Shown one piece after another: positions 26,973-36,588 of a stretch of 64,000 bases of DNA. Source of the DNA: Candidatus Latescibacterota bacterium (lineage in GTDB: Bacteria > Latescibacterota > UBA2968 > UBA8231). The stretch spans positions 6,720,001 through 6,784,000 of the forward strand of contig OZ244561.1 of assembly GCA_965217585.1 (NCBI GenBank), given 5' to 3'. A program made the position numbers and the translations under genes. The notes beneath the pieces are model-generated. The model did not search any database. It saw only the letters and a list, made by a program, of their open reading frames with translations, and had not been told where the DNA came from. Each line of letters begins with the position of its first letter. Position 1 is the first letter of the stretch.

Positions 26973-29591
26973 ATGGTGCAGGATGTCATGCCTAAACCAT
27001 ACAAAATTCAGTGGATTAGCCTAATTGCGCTGCTAAGCTGGTTCGAAGGGACCGGAGCGCAGCAAGCCGGGCACCGCATCGCCGACTCCCAAATCATAGT
27101 CAACAGCTCGCGTCATTGGAAAAACTGGATATTCGCTCCGGGCACGGTGGGGATCTCCCCGACCGGTGAGGTGCGACCCAATGAGTTGCGCAAAAACACC
27201 AATGCAACGACCCAAATCGTAAAATTCCTCCGCTTCCACCCACCGGACAATCTGACTGACAAAGAACCGGAGGAGTTGAGCCTACTCGATGCCATTGAGG
27301 CTGGCTCGAACCTGGCGGATGTAGTCAATGTGCTCGACGGCGACCCTGCTACCTACTGGGAGCCGGAGGCACTGCAGGGCACAGCGGATGTAAGAGGCCA
27401 GTGGTGGTTCGGCTTGGATCTGGGACGCCTAGTCTTCGCCCATAAAATTGTCTTGCGCTTTGTCGAGGAAGGTCAAGGGGATCCCTTTCTGCTCTTCGAT
27501 GTGCTGGTATCCGAAGGCTTAAAGCCGAGTCGCCTGCAGGGCGGGGACGCCCTGGCTTTCAAGACGGTGCTGCGCATGGTGCAACCCAATAAAAGCCAGC
27601 GCGTTTTCGAAATCGATCTGCGGAACGCCAACCGCGAAGTCCAAGGCGAGCCTTTGCGCTTCGTCCAGGTGGTGGTAACCGGAACCGATTCGACCCAAGG
27701 TCGAGAAGTCTCTCTCGAAGAGTACGGGCAACTGGCCGGGGCGGACCGAGGTGCCGTCCGGTTTTTCAAGCGCCAGCCCGACGGTCGAGAGGCGGCGGTG
27801 ACAGAGGCCGTACACCAGCAACTGGATGAAGAGCGGCGAGGGGCCGTGCGCTATTTTCGCCGCGAGCGTCCTCGCCTGGCCGAGCTGGAGGTGTGGCACG
27901 AGGGGGATGAGATAATAAGCGGCATCGTCGCACGAGGCGGCTCGATGGCCCTCTCGGCGAAAGAAGTGGTTAATCTGGGCGCTTTTATCGATGGCAATGT
28001 GGACTCTAATTCGGGTGTGCTTATCTCTGGAGCCCAAGCCGTCTCAGACCCCGAGCGATTTTTGTTTTTCGATCTGGGCAGCTTTTACTGGATCGATGCC
28101 CACCGCCAAGCTTATGGCCGAGGTTCGTACCGGGGCAGCTTCGCCAATTACCGACTCGATTTTTCAGACGGCTCGCTGGCTCCCGACGGCAGCCTCTGGT
28201 GGACTAGGGCCGTAGAACGAGACCAGCCGCGGGTGTCGGGACGTCCCTATGAAGGCAACCGCTTCGATCCGGTCAAAGCCCGCTTCTTCCGCATCCACTG
28301 GTCGATGCAGGTGCGCGGTCTAATTGTCGCCACACTGGCGGAGGTCCAGCTCTACGGGGAGGGTTTCCAACCGGAGGTGATCCTCGAATCAGATCTGATC
28401 CGGCTGGGCGGGACCCGCAACCTGATCTCGGTCGAGTGGGACGCCGATACCCCCGTCGGCACCCAAGTCCTGGTCCAGACCCGCACCGGTAACCAACTGG
28501 GCGAACGCCTGCACTATTTCAAGAAGGACGGTACCGAGGTAACCGAAATCGAGTACGGCAAATTGCTCTCGCTCTTCAAGGGGGATACCGTCGCTGAGCC
28601 GGTGCCCGGCAGCGACTGGAGCGACTGGAGTTATCCCTACGAGAATAGCGCCGGCAGTCCAATCACCTCGCCGTCGCCACGAGAATTCTTAAAGATTCGC
28701 GCGACGTTGACTTCGAACGACCCGCAAATCAGCGGCGCGCTCAGGTCCATTCGCCTCCACTTCGCCGACCCGGTGGCCCAGGATCTGGTCGGCGAGGTCG
28801 CGCCCGTCGAGGTAGATTCGCTGGGCGTGGAGCGCCCCTTCTCCCTCTATATCCGGCCCCAGTTCGTCGCGACCGATCCCGGATTCGATGGCTTGCTAAT
28901 GGTCGTTCCCGCCGATATGCGACTGGAATTTAAGAGCCTCTACGCCGGGAAGGCTACCGATTTTGCCGAGCCTACCGCCGATCTGTCCGCGCTCGTTCAG
29001 GACCAAGTCGAGATTCTGGCGACGGATGGAGACACCCTGCGTCTGGCCTTCCCCATAATCGGCCCCGCAACGGGTGTCGAAGTTTTGCGTCTCGACTTCG
29101 ACACGGCCCTATTCTCGGCCGGAACGATTCTGCGCGCGGCGCTGAGCAACAGTGCCTCAGACGAACAAGCCTGGCAGTGGCTCAGCCCGGGTAATGCACT
29201 CGATCAGGTGGAGAGCAATACGACCACTATAGTCGGAGCGGTAAAACGCAAAGAATTGATCGGCCAACTGTCGCTACGCCCCAGCGTATTGACCCCCAAT
29301 GGCGACGACATCAACGACCGGATCGAGATCGCCTTTTCGGTAGTCCTAGTCGGCGACGACAGTCCCGTCCGGGTGCAGATTCGCGATTTGCGCGGCCGGC
29401 GGGTGTGGCGCGCCGTCGAGCACAAAGCGGTGGCTAGGGGGCATTACACCATGTCTTGGGATGGCAGAGACCAGGCAGGGAATTTAGTGCCCCCCGGCCT
29501 CTACGTGGTCGAGATCGACGTCGTGGCCGAAACAGAGCAGACCGGTATCGCGCGCGGCAATGTGCTGCGCGCCGTGGCCGTCGCCTATTGA
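26973..29591 (+). CDS. Secreted protein with discoidin-like modules and C-terminal FlgD Ig-like domain
   Basis: Signal peptide; LDGDPATYW, LDLGR; TPNGDDIND...IRDLRGRRV...WDGRDQAGNLVPPGLY. Confidence 0.75.
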   Translation: MVQDVMPKPYKIQWISLIALLSWFEGTGAQQAGHRIADSQIIVNSSRHWKNWIFAPGTVGISPTGEVRPNELRKNTNATTQIVKFLRFHPPDNLTDKEPEELSLLDAIEAGSNLADVVNVLDGDPATYWEPEALQGTADVRGQWWFGLDLGRLVFAHKIVLRFVEEGQGDPFLLFDVLVSEGLKPSRLQGGDALAFKTVLRMVQPNKSQRVFEIDLRNANREVQGEPLRFVQVVVTGTDSTQGREVSLEEYGQLAGADRGAVRFFKRQPDGREAAVTEAVHQQLDEERRGAVRYFRRERPRLAELEVWHEGDEIISGIVARGGSMALSAKEVVNLGAFIDGNVDSNSGVLISGAQAVSDPERFLFFDLGSFYWIDAHRQAYGRGSYRGSFANYRLDFSDGSLAPDGSLWWTRAVERDQPRVSGRPYEGNRFDPVKARFFRIHWSMQVRGLIVATLAEVQLYGEGFQPEVILESDLIRLGGTRNLISVEWDADTPVGTQVLVQTRTGNQLGERLHYFKKDGTEVTEIEYGKLLSLFKGDTVAEPVPGSDWSDWSYPYENSAGSPITSPSPREFLKIRATLTSNDPQISGALRSIRLHFADPVAQDLVGEVAPVEVDSLGVERPFSLYIRPQFVATDPGFDGLLMVVPADMRLEFKSLYAGKATDFAEPTADLSALVQDQVEILATDGDTLRLAFPIIGPATGVEVLRLDFDTALFSAGTILRAALSNSASDEQAWQWLSPGNALDQVESNTTTIVGAVKRKELIGQLSLRPSVLTPNGDDINDRIEIAFSVVLVGDDSPVRVQIRDLRGRRVWRAVEHKAVARGHYTMSWDGRDQAGNLVPPGLYVVEIDVVAETEQTGIARGNVLRAVAVAY

Positions 29592-29602
29592 TTGGATATC
29601 TC

Positions 29603-31519
29603 ATGCGATTGCGGCTTTTCCATTGCGTGTTGGCGATTCTCTTACTCGGTTTTGTCCGCCCTAGTGCTAGTCTGACGATCTTTCGCCTCGGCGGCGAGAA
29701 CCTGCCCCGTCCCGAGTTGGACGGTCCCTATGAATTCGTCCAGCTCAGCTGGAACGAAATCGAGGCGCGGCGCCACGGCAGCGCCGAACGGCTGGACTTT
29801 GACCCCGATTTCATCCGTCCGCAGCAATTGGACCCCAAGGTCAATCTCGTCCCGCTCATCGAGGAGCAGGGTGGGCAGATCTTCAATCTGACATGGCATG
29901 GTTGGGTCTCGCCCCATCAGGAAGATTTTCTCATGTACGACGAGGATCCCGACACCTTCTATCTGGGCGATGGCCGTTTCGCCGTGCACGGACCGCCCAT
30001 CAAGTTCACAATCTTCGATTTCGGCGCTCGTCTGTGGCTCGAACGCATCCGCTTTTTTCCGCGCCAGAAACACCTCACCGATCGCTTTATGCAGCGTTTT
30101 AGAATTGGCATAAACGATGGCGATCCGTTCAAAGACGGCACGCGGGAACTGACCGTGCGGCGCGGGGACGGCTTTTCCGATTTCGACATTGCCTACCAAA
30201 GAACAGAAAATACCGAAGCCGTTGTCGACGTCGAATTGCCCGCCGTACCCGTGCGCCGTCTGCTCTTCGAGGCCTATGAGAATACGCGCGGCGTCTGGGA
30301 AATCGCCGAACTCGAGATCTATGGCAACGGCTATGTCCCCTTCACCAGTTACGTCTCCAACGTGACCGATCTGGGAGGCCCCGCCAGTCTGGGGCAGCTA
30401 AGCTGGAGCGGCCATATCGACGCGGGGGCCCAAGTTGACCTGACCATGCGCAGCGGCGTTGACGACGATCCCAACACCTACTGGCGCACCACCTTCCGCG
30501 GCAGCGAACGCACCCGCTTCGACAGCAAAGGCATACCGCTCAACCGAGCCTCCTACAACAAGCTACAGCGCGGCGAACAAGACGACATCACCCACGACAC
30601 CGAAAACTGGGTCTTCTGGAGCGCACCCTATGACTTTGGCGCTGGGACTGGCGTGATGCTCGGCGATGGTACCCGGCGCTATGTGCAGCTGCGCGCCGAT
30701 TTCACCTCTACCCAGACGGCCGGCAGCCAACTGGACTACGTCCAGTTCGCCGTGTCGATCCCGCCGGTGGCCAGCCGCGCCCTAGCCGAGATCGTCCCGG
30801 TCGCCGTGCTGCCGGGGCAGGTGACGTCCTTCACCTACAAACTTCGTCCGACCATAGAATCCGAGGATTTGGGCTTTGACAGCATAGGCATCGACACGCC
30901 GACCGAGGCGAGAAGCGTCGACCAAGTGCGAATCTCAGGGGCCCCCGTGGCTTTTGCGGTGGTGGAAATGAATGAGGCCGGCTTTGTAGTGCAGATCCCG
31001 CGCATCGACATCCAGCGCACCACGGAGCTGATCGAAGTGGATTTCCAAGCCGAGGTGTTCAAGTTCGGTACGGTGTTTGCGGGGCGGCTCTTCGATAGCC
31101 AGCAGCCGTTGGAAGTACCACAGAGCGTCGCGGCGGGCGATGCCGACGAATTGGAAGACAGCAATAGGCTGAGTGTGGATCTGGTGCGTTTCGGCGAACG
31201 CGCGATCGGCTCGTTGACCCTCGACCCACCGGTGTTCAGTCCCAATGGCGACGGCGTCAACGACGCGGTGCAGATCGGCTACGATTTGCTCAATCTAGTG
31301 GGCGCGGTGCCGGTGCAGGTGGAGGTTTTCGATTTGTCGGGTCGCTCGTTGGGCGTGGTGTTGCAGGAACAGGCGGCGAGCGGTAGCTTTTCGGTCGCCT
31401 GGGACGGGCGCGACGGGGATAATGCGTTATTGTCGCCGGGCCTCTACCTAATACGCCTGCGCGTGGAGTCCGACAAGGCGGAAGACACCCAGCAGGCTCT
31501 ATTGTCCCTCGTTTACTGA
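29603..31519 (+). CDS. Secreted protein with C-terminal FlgD Ig-like domain (paralog of previous gene)
   Basis: Start ATG 29603 with signal peptide; SPNGDGVND...VFDLSGR...WDGRDGDNALLSPGLY. Confidence 0.75.
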   Translation: MRLRLFHCVLAILLLGFVRPSASLTIFRLGGENLPRPELDGPYEFVQLSWNEIEARRHGSAERLDFDPDFIRPQQLDPKVNLVPLIEEQGGQIFNLTWHGWVSPHQEDFLMYDEDPDTFYLGDGRFAVHGPPIKFTIFDFGARLWLERIRFFPRQKHLTDRFMQRFRIGINDGDPFKDGTRELTVRRGDGFSDFDIAYQRTENTEAVVDVELPAVPVRRLLFEAYENTRGVWEIAELEIYGNGYVPFTSYVSNVTDLGGPASLGQLSWSGHIDAGAQVDLTMRSGVDDDPNTYWRTTFRGSERTRFDSKGIPLNRASYNKLQRGEQDDITHDTENWVFWSAPYDFGAGTGVMLGDGTRRYVQLRADFTSTQTAGSQLDYVQFAVSIPPVASRALAEIVPVAVLPGQVTSFTYKLRPTIESEDLGFDSIGIDTPTEARSVDQVRISGAPVAFAVVEMNEAGFVVQIPRIDIQRTTELIEVDFQAEVFKFGTVFAGRLFDSQQPLEVPQSVAAGDADELEDSNRLSVDLVRFGERAIGSLTLDPPVFSPNGDGVNDAVQIGYDLLNLVGAVPVQVEVFDLSGRSLGVVLQEQAASGSFSVAWDGRDGDNALLSPGLYLIRLRVESDKAEDTQQALLSLVY

Positions 31520-31610
31520 TGAATACTTCAACTCAGGATATGACGGCTCTCGGCCGCTAGCCTAGGGCCTCGAATGCCATCTACGCCCTGCCCCTAAAAG
31601 GCCCTTTGGA

Positions 31611-32474
31611 ATGGAAAAACTCGCCAAACTCGGCTCTACCGACCTCGAGGTCAGTCGCCATGGCTTCGGTGCGGCGCGCATCGGTGCCGGCGTTCCCCTC
31701 GACCAGCTAGAGAGCCTGCTCGACAGCCTCATCGATCTAGGCATCACCTTCATCGACACCGCTGACTGCTACGCCCGGAGCGAAGAACTCATCGGCCGCT
31801 ATCTCGGCAACCGCATCGGCGAGTTCGTCATAGCCACCAAGTGCGGCTGCATCACTGACGGCGATGAGGGAGAGGCGTATTCCCGCGCCGTTATCGAGCG
31901 CAGCATCGACCGGTCGCTCAAGCGGATGGGTCTCGAGTGTCTCGATCTCGTTTTCCTACACACCTGTTCGGCCGAGATATTGCGCGCCGGCGAGGCGGCG
32001 GATGCCCTACTGCGGGCGCGTGACGCCGGCAAGGTGCGCTACCTAGGCTATAGCGGCGACGATGAAGATGCCATGCAGGCGATTTCGCTGGGGATTTTCG
32101 ACGCGCTCCAGGTGACCTTCAACATCCTCAATCAGGATGCTCTCGATGAGGTGCTGCCGGCAGCCGCAGGCACCGGCATGGGCGTGGTGGCCAAACGCCC
32201 TATTGCCAACGCTAGGCTGCTGCCCAAGGACTCGCCGCACTACCACGCTGGTCCTTACTGGGATCCCGTGCGCTCCTTGCTGACGGACGAAGGGACATGG
32301 GACGATCCGCTGGCGTGTTCTTTGCGCTTTACCTTGTCACATCCGGTAATCACTTCGGCCATCATCGGTACAACCGACCCAGTGCACGCGCGGGAGAACG
32401 CCAAACGAGCCCAGGCCGAACCGCTCTCGCCGCTGTTGCTAGAGGCGCTCCACAAGCTGCGTCCGGGAGACTAA
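31611..32474 (+). other. Aldo/keto reductase
   Basis: LGSTDLEVS, FIDTADCY..SEELIG, IATKCG, SLKRM..ECLDLVFLH, GKVRYLGYS. Confidence 0.92.
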
Positions 32475-32478
32475 CTCA

Positions 32479-34065
32479 ATGCCGGTTCCCCCCGCCTATC
32501 GAATCATCTACAACTGGGATGGCGCGCCCCATGGATATTCTCCGGTGCCGCAGTCGCTGGAGGATTTTCTCGAAAAGGTGTATGCCCCCCTCGAAGACAC
32601 CCAAGTCGGCGCCCTGTTCTGGAGCGCGGGCGGCCGGGGTTCACGCTGGCCCAGCGAGGTGGTGGAATTTATCGGCGACGCTCGGGAGCGTCCCTACTCC
32701 AGTGCCGCAGCGTACAACGGTACTGAGAACATCCTGCAGATGTACGACCGCGGCGAAGATCCTCAGAAGGCCTTGATCGCGCGGGGGCACGAGCTCGGTC
32801 TCGATGTTTACGCCTCCGTGCGCATGAACGACAACCATTTTGGCGGTGCCCAGGTCGCCGACTTGAACGCGCTGTACAAAGCACACCGCGTCGAAGCCTT
32901 GCGGCATGAGCACCCGGAGTGGGTGCTGGGGGAACGCACCTCGGAGTGGTTTGCCCTGTCCTGGAACATGGCCGTGCCCGAAATCAGACAGCGTCGCTTC
33001 AACCACGTCGAAGAGATCTGCCGGCGTTATGACTGGGATGGCGTCGAGCTCGACTGGCAGCGTCACGCCTTCCACTTCCCCGACGACGAAGGATACCGGC
33101 TGCGCTACCTGCTTACCGATTTGCAGCGAGCCATCCGCCAGATGACCGAGGCTCTAGGACGAGAACGAGGCCGCCCCGTTTTCCTAGCGGCGCGAGTCTC
33201 TGGATCACTCGAGATGTGCCGCCGCATCGGTTACGATATCCCTACCTGGATCGAGGAGGGACTCGTCGATCTCCTCATTCCGGCGGGTAACGCCGTCACG
33301 GACGCCAGCATCGACGTCGCGGGGTTCGCAAAGCTGTGCGAGGGAACGGACGTCGCCGTCTATCCCGGCTTGGACAGCAATCTTCCCGATCCCTTCGTCG
33401 GCCCGGAAGAGCAGGATGAGAAGGATCGCCTGCGCACGCGCGCCATCGCCAGCCGCTATCACCGTGCGGGTGCTTCGGGCATATACGTCTTCAACTGGCA
33501 CGCCAACCGCGACTCGAAGCGGCCGCTGCTGACGACGATAGGATCCCTTGAGACCTTGGCCGCTACGGACAAGATCTACGCGGCCACCCATCGCTACATA
33601 CAGCGAGAGGGGGCCTGGCGCGGTGCCTTCCGCAGCGACCGGATCTACGGTCAGGTGCCGGTCGACCTCGTCAGGACGCTGACCGGGGAGGGGCCCACTG
33701 TCGCGCTCGAGATCGCCGAGGATTTCGCGGCCCACATGCCAGCTTCGCTGCAGCTGCGACTGCGCGTGAACGAGTGGACGAACGGGGACTCAGTGCAGGT
33801 ATGGTGGGACGGAGTGGAGCTCGAGCCGCCGCAGATCGACTATTGCAGGCTCGAGGATCCCTCGCCCCCTGGCGGAGCCTTTCAACCATTGCCGCGCTGG
33901 CGAGACCTAGCTGAAGTGAGCAGTGCGGTTTGGCTTAGCTGGAACTTCAGCGAGAGCGGAGTGTCGGCGGGTGAGCACGCGGTCCGACTCGCGGTTCAGG
34001 AACGCAATCCGCAAGTCGCAGCAGGCCTGACCCTCACTGACGTCGAATTCGTCGTGCGGTACTAG
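32479..34065 (+). CDS. GH10-like (GHL10) TIM-barrel protein (paralog of 22442-24004)
   Basis: IYNWDG, ASVRMNDNH, HPEW, YDWDGVELDWQR, GASGIYVFNW. Confidence 0.65.
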   Translation: MPVPPAYRIIYNWDGAPHGYSPVPQSLEDFLEKVYAPLEDTQVGALFWSAGGRGSRWPSEVVEFIGDARERPYSSAAAYNGTENILQMYDRGEDPQKALIARGHELGLDVYASVRMNDNHFGGAQVADLNALYKAHRVEALRHEHPEWVLGERTSEWFALSWNMAVPEIRQRRFNHVEEICRRYDWDGVELDWQRHAFHFPDDEGYRLRYLLTDLQRAIRQMTEALGRERGRPVFLAARVSGSLEMCRRIGYDIPTWIEEGLVDLLIPAGNAVTDASIDVAGFAKLCEGTDVAVYPGLDSNLPDPFVGPEEQDEKDRLRTRAIASRYHRAGASGIYVFNWHANRDSKRPLLTTIGSLETLAATDKIYAATHRYIQREGAWRGAFRSDRIYGQVPVDLVRTLTGEGPTVALEIAEDFAAHMPASLQLRLRVNEWTNGDSVQVWWDGVELEPPQIDYCRLEDPSPPGGAFQPLPRWRDLAEVSSAVWLSWNFSESGVSAGEHAVRLAVQERNPQVAAGLTLTDVEFVVRY

Positions 34066-34115
34066 AATTTCGCAACCGCAAAGAGCCATTTCAACGGAGA
34101 GGGGGCGATCAGACT

Positions 34116-35393
34116 TTGAAGGTCACCGACATCGACATCCACCGGGTAACGCTGCAGTACGACGAGGCCAGGGCCTATGAGCTCATTCACTACCACGACC
34201 TGACTCAGCGCACCATTTACGTCGCCCACACCGACAGCGGCCTGACTGGCCTGGGGGAGTCGGAGGGGGTCGAAAAACAGGAGGTGCTGGACCAGTACAT
34301 CGGCTCGAATCCATTCGACTGGTTAGGCGACGAGACCTCCCTCGGTTTGGGGACGGCGATGTACGACCTCATGGGTAAAGCCGCCGGCGTTCCCGTGTAC
34401 AAGCTCTTCGGCCAGAAGTATCGCTCCTGGGTTCCTGTCGCGGCGTGGACGGTGAGCACGCATCCCGACCGCATGGCCAGAGCCGTGTTGGCCTACGCTA
34501 GGCAGGGCCACACGTGGATGAAGTTCCATCTGTCCCCTTTCGAAAACGTGATCGATCAGACCGAGGCCATGCAGGAGGTGGCACCCAAGGGGTTCAAGCT
34601 GCACTACGATTTCACCATGCACGGCACCGAAGACTACATGCCGGGTTTGCTCGACAAACTGTCCGAATACGAGATCGCCGGCTGCTTCGAGGATCCTCTG
34701 CCCGGCGAGAACGTTGACGGTTACATAGAGCTGCGCCAGCGCTCGCGCCGGCCCATCGTACTGCACCACTTCCCGACCGGGGCCACCTATGAAGTCTATC
34801 GCCGACCTGCTGACGCCTACATGCTGGGCCATTTGAAAATCGGCGACGCGGTGCGCAAGGCCGGCCTGTTCGCGGCCAGCGACAGCCCTTTCATGCTGCA
34901 GAACACGGGTAGCGACATCATCCGCGCTATGAACGTCCACATGATGGCGGCCTTCCCCACAGCGAACTTCCACTTCGTCAACGCCACCACCGAAGTATCG
35001 AGCGAACGTTTCGTCACCGAACCCCTGAATCCGCTCAACGGCTCCATTCGCGTGCCCGAGCAACCAGGTCTCGGAGTCGAGTTGGACATGAATGAGGTGA
35101 AGCGCCTCGAGCAGATCCGGCCAAGGTCGAAACCGAAGTTCATCATCGTGTGCAAGTACGACAGTGGGGCGACCCTCTACACCCGCCCCGACCCTGAAAA
35201 CCCGCATTTCATGGTCCGGCCGGACTGGAGCCGCACGTTGATGCCGGTGAGCTTCGTGGCACCGTTGCAGACCGAGTACTGGGATGACGACGGCTCAGCG
35301 GACTTCAACGCCATGATGGCGCGTCTCGAGCGAGATGGGGCCGTTTTGGAAGGTTCACGGGCTGTCCAAGCTTTTGCGGACGCACCCCTTTGA
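34116..35393 (+). CDS. Mandelate racemase / muconate lactonizing (enolase superfamily) protein
   Basis: MKVTDI, TDSGLTGLGE, YDLMGKAAGVPVYKLFG, FEDP, VPEQPGLGVELD. Confidence 0.85.
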   Translation: MKVTDIDIHRVTLQYDEARAYELIHYHDLTQRTIYVAHTDSGLTGLGESEGVEKQEVLDQYIGSNPFDWLGDETSLGLGTAMYDLMGKAAGVPVYKLFGQKYRSWVPVAAWTVSTHPDRMARAVLAYARQGHTWMKFHLSPFENVIDQTEAMQEVAPKGFKLHYDFTMHGTEDYMPGLLDKLSEYEIAGCFEDPLPGENVDGYIELRQRSRRPIVLHHFPTGATYEVYRRPADAYMLGHLKIGDAVRKAGLFAASDSPFMLQNTGSDIIRAMNVHMMAAFPTANFHFVNATTEVSSERFVTEPLNPLNGSIRVPEQPGLGVELDMNEVKRLEQIRPRSKPKFIIVCKYDSGATLYTRPDPENPHFMVRPDWSRTLMPVSFVAPLQTEYWDDDGSADFNAMMARLERDGAVLEGSRAVQAFADAPL

Positions 35394-36363
35394 ACATGCG
35401 ATCATCGGTGTCGCTGCCATTGTGCTGGGCAAGCCGCTTGTACGGGTTTGTGCCTGTCGCCATCAGTTCGAGTCCGAACAACTGCCTTCGTTCGGGGGTA
35501 TTCAATTGGCCCGCGGCTTCCAATGCCACCGCTGCCTCGATCGTCACCCCCGGCTGCTTCTGGTAAAAGGGACAGTAGAGCGTGAGCACGCACCAGCGGT
35601 CCCGGTCACCGGTATTGGGCAGGGTGGTGTGCCACAGCCGGGTGTTGAAGAGAAAAGCGCTGCCCGCCTTTGCTTCAGCGGCTACCATATCCGGCATATC
35701 CCTCTGATCCCGAACCTTGGTCGCCTGATCCGCGCCTCCACCCATGCCCTTGAACGCGAGGTGGTCCGGCTCGTGTTCCCACAGGTGTGAGCCTGGCACG
35801 CATGCCGTGCAACCATCATCGGAACCGACGTCCGTCAGATAGACGAGAACCTTGGTGTTGAGTGGCCGCCCCATGAAGCGCCATGCTTCATCGTTTCTGT
35901 GATCCCGATGCCAGTTGACGTAGCCGCCTTCCTCCTGCGCGTCTTGTGAGCTCTGCGGCTCTAGGACGCGGACCTGTATGGTCGCGGTCTGCACGTCTTC
36001 CCCGACGGTGGCGCTGAGGAAGGGGAAGAGGCGTGGATGCGCGATCATTTCCACGCAGGCGTCATCTTGTTCGAGCAGATGAAGCGGATAGATGTCGAAA
36101 TACTTCCTTCCGTGGAAAGTGCCGGAAGCGTAATACTCGCCGTTTTCCGAAACCCCCCGGCCTTTGGCCCGGCCCTCTTCCCAGTCGACCCGGGTGACCG
36201 CCTGCACCCGGTCGAAAGCGGCCTGTACGCGGATCAACTCATCGCCCTGCAACACGTCCTCGATTATGATAAAACCGTCGCGCTTGTAGGCCTCCACCTG
36301 ATTTTCGAGAGCAGTGAGCGAAGCCGATTCATGAGTGCGTCGGGTGTCAGTAAATGCCGTCAT
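35305..36363 (-). CDS. PhyH-family dioxygenase
   Basis: YKRDGFIIIEDVL, WHRDH, YLTD, VPGSH, AGSAFLF..RLWH..LPN. Confidence 0.88.
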   Translation of the reverse strand: MTAFTDTRRTHESASLTALENQVEAYKRDGFIIIEDVLQGDELIRVQAAFDRVQAVTRVDWEEGRAKGRGVSENGEYYASGTFHGRKYFDIYPLHLLEQDDACVEMIAHPRLFPFLSATVGEDVQTATIQVRVLEPQSSQDAQEEGGYVNWHRDHRNDEAWRFMGRPLNTKVLVYLTDVGSDDGCTACVPGSHLWEHEPDHLAFKGMGGGADQATKVRDQRDMPDMVAAEAKAGSAFLFNTRLWHTTLPNTGDRDRWCVLTLYCPFYQKQPGVTIEAAVALEAAGQLNTPERRQLFGLELMATGTNPYKRLAQHNGSDTDDRMFKGVRPQKLGQPVNLPKRPHLARDAPSWR

Positions 36364-36588
36364 GACCGCTGTCCTCTCTCATTCCGGATGTTCCGCATGC
36401 ACAGTGGAGACCTGCTACAAGGGGGTGGGTCCACGGTGGAGCGAAGGCTTGGGGCAAGTCAATCTCGCAGTTATTCGGTGTTTTCCGGACTATTATAACC
36501 AAATAGTGAAGCACGAGGGACCTTCATCCCTTTCCAGTCTCTCGGCCTTCAGCCGCCCGACCCGTGGGCAGACAGGCATGGATCGCCC

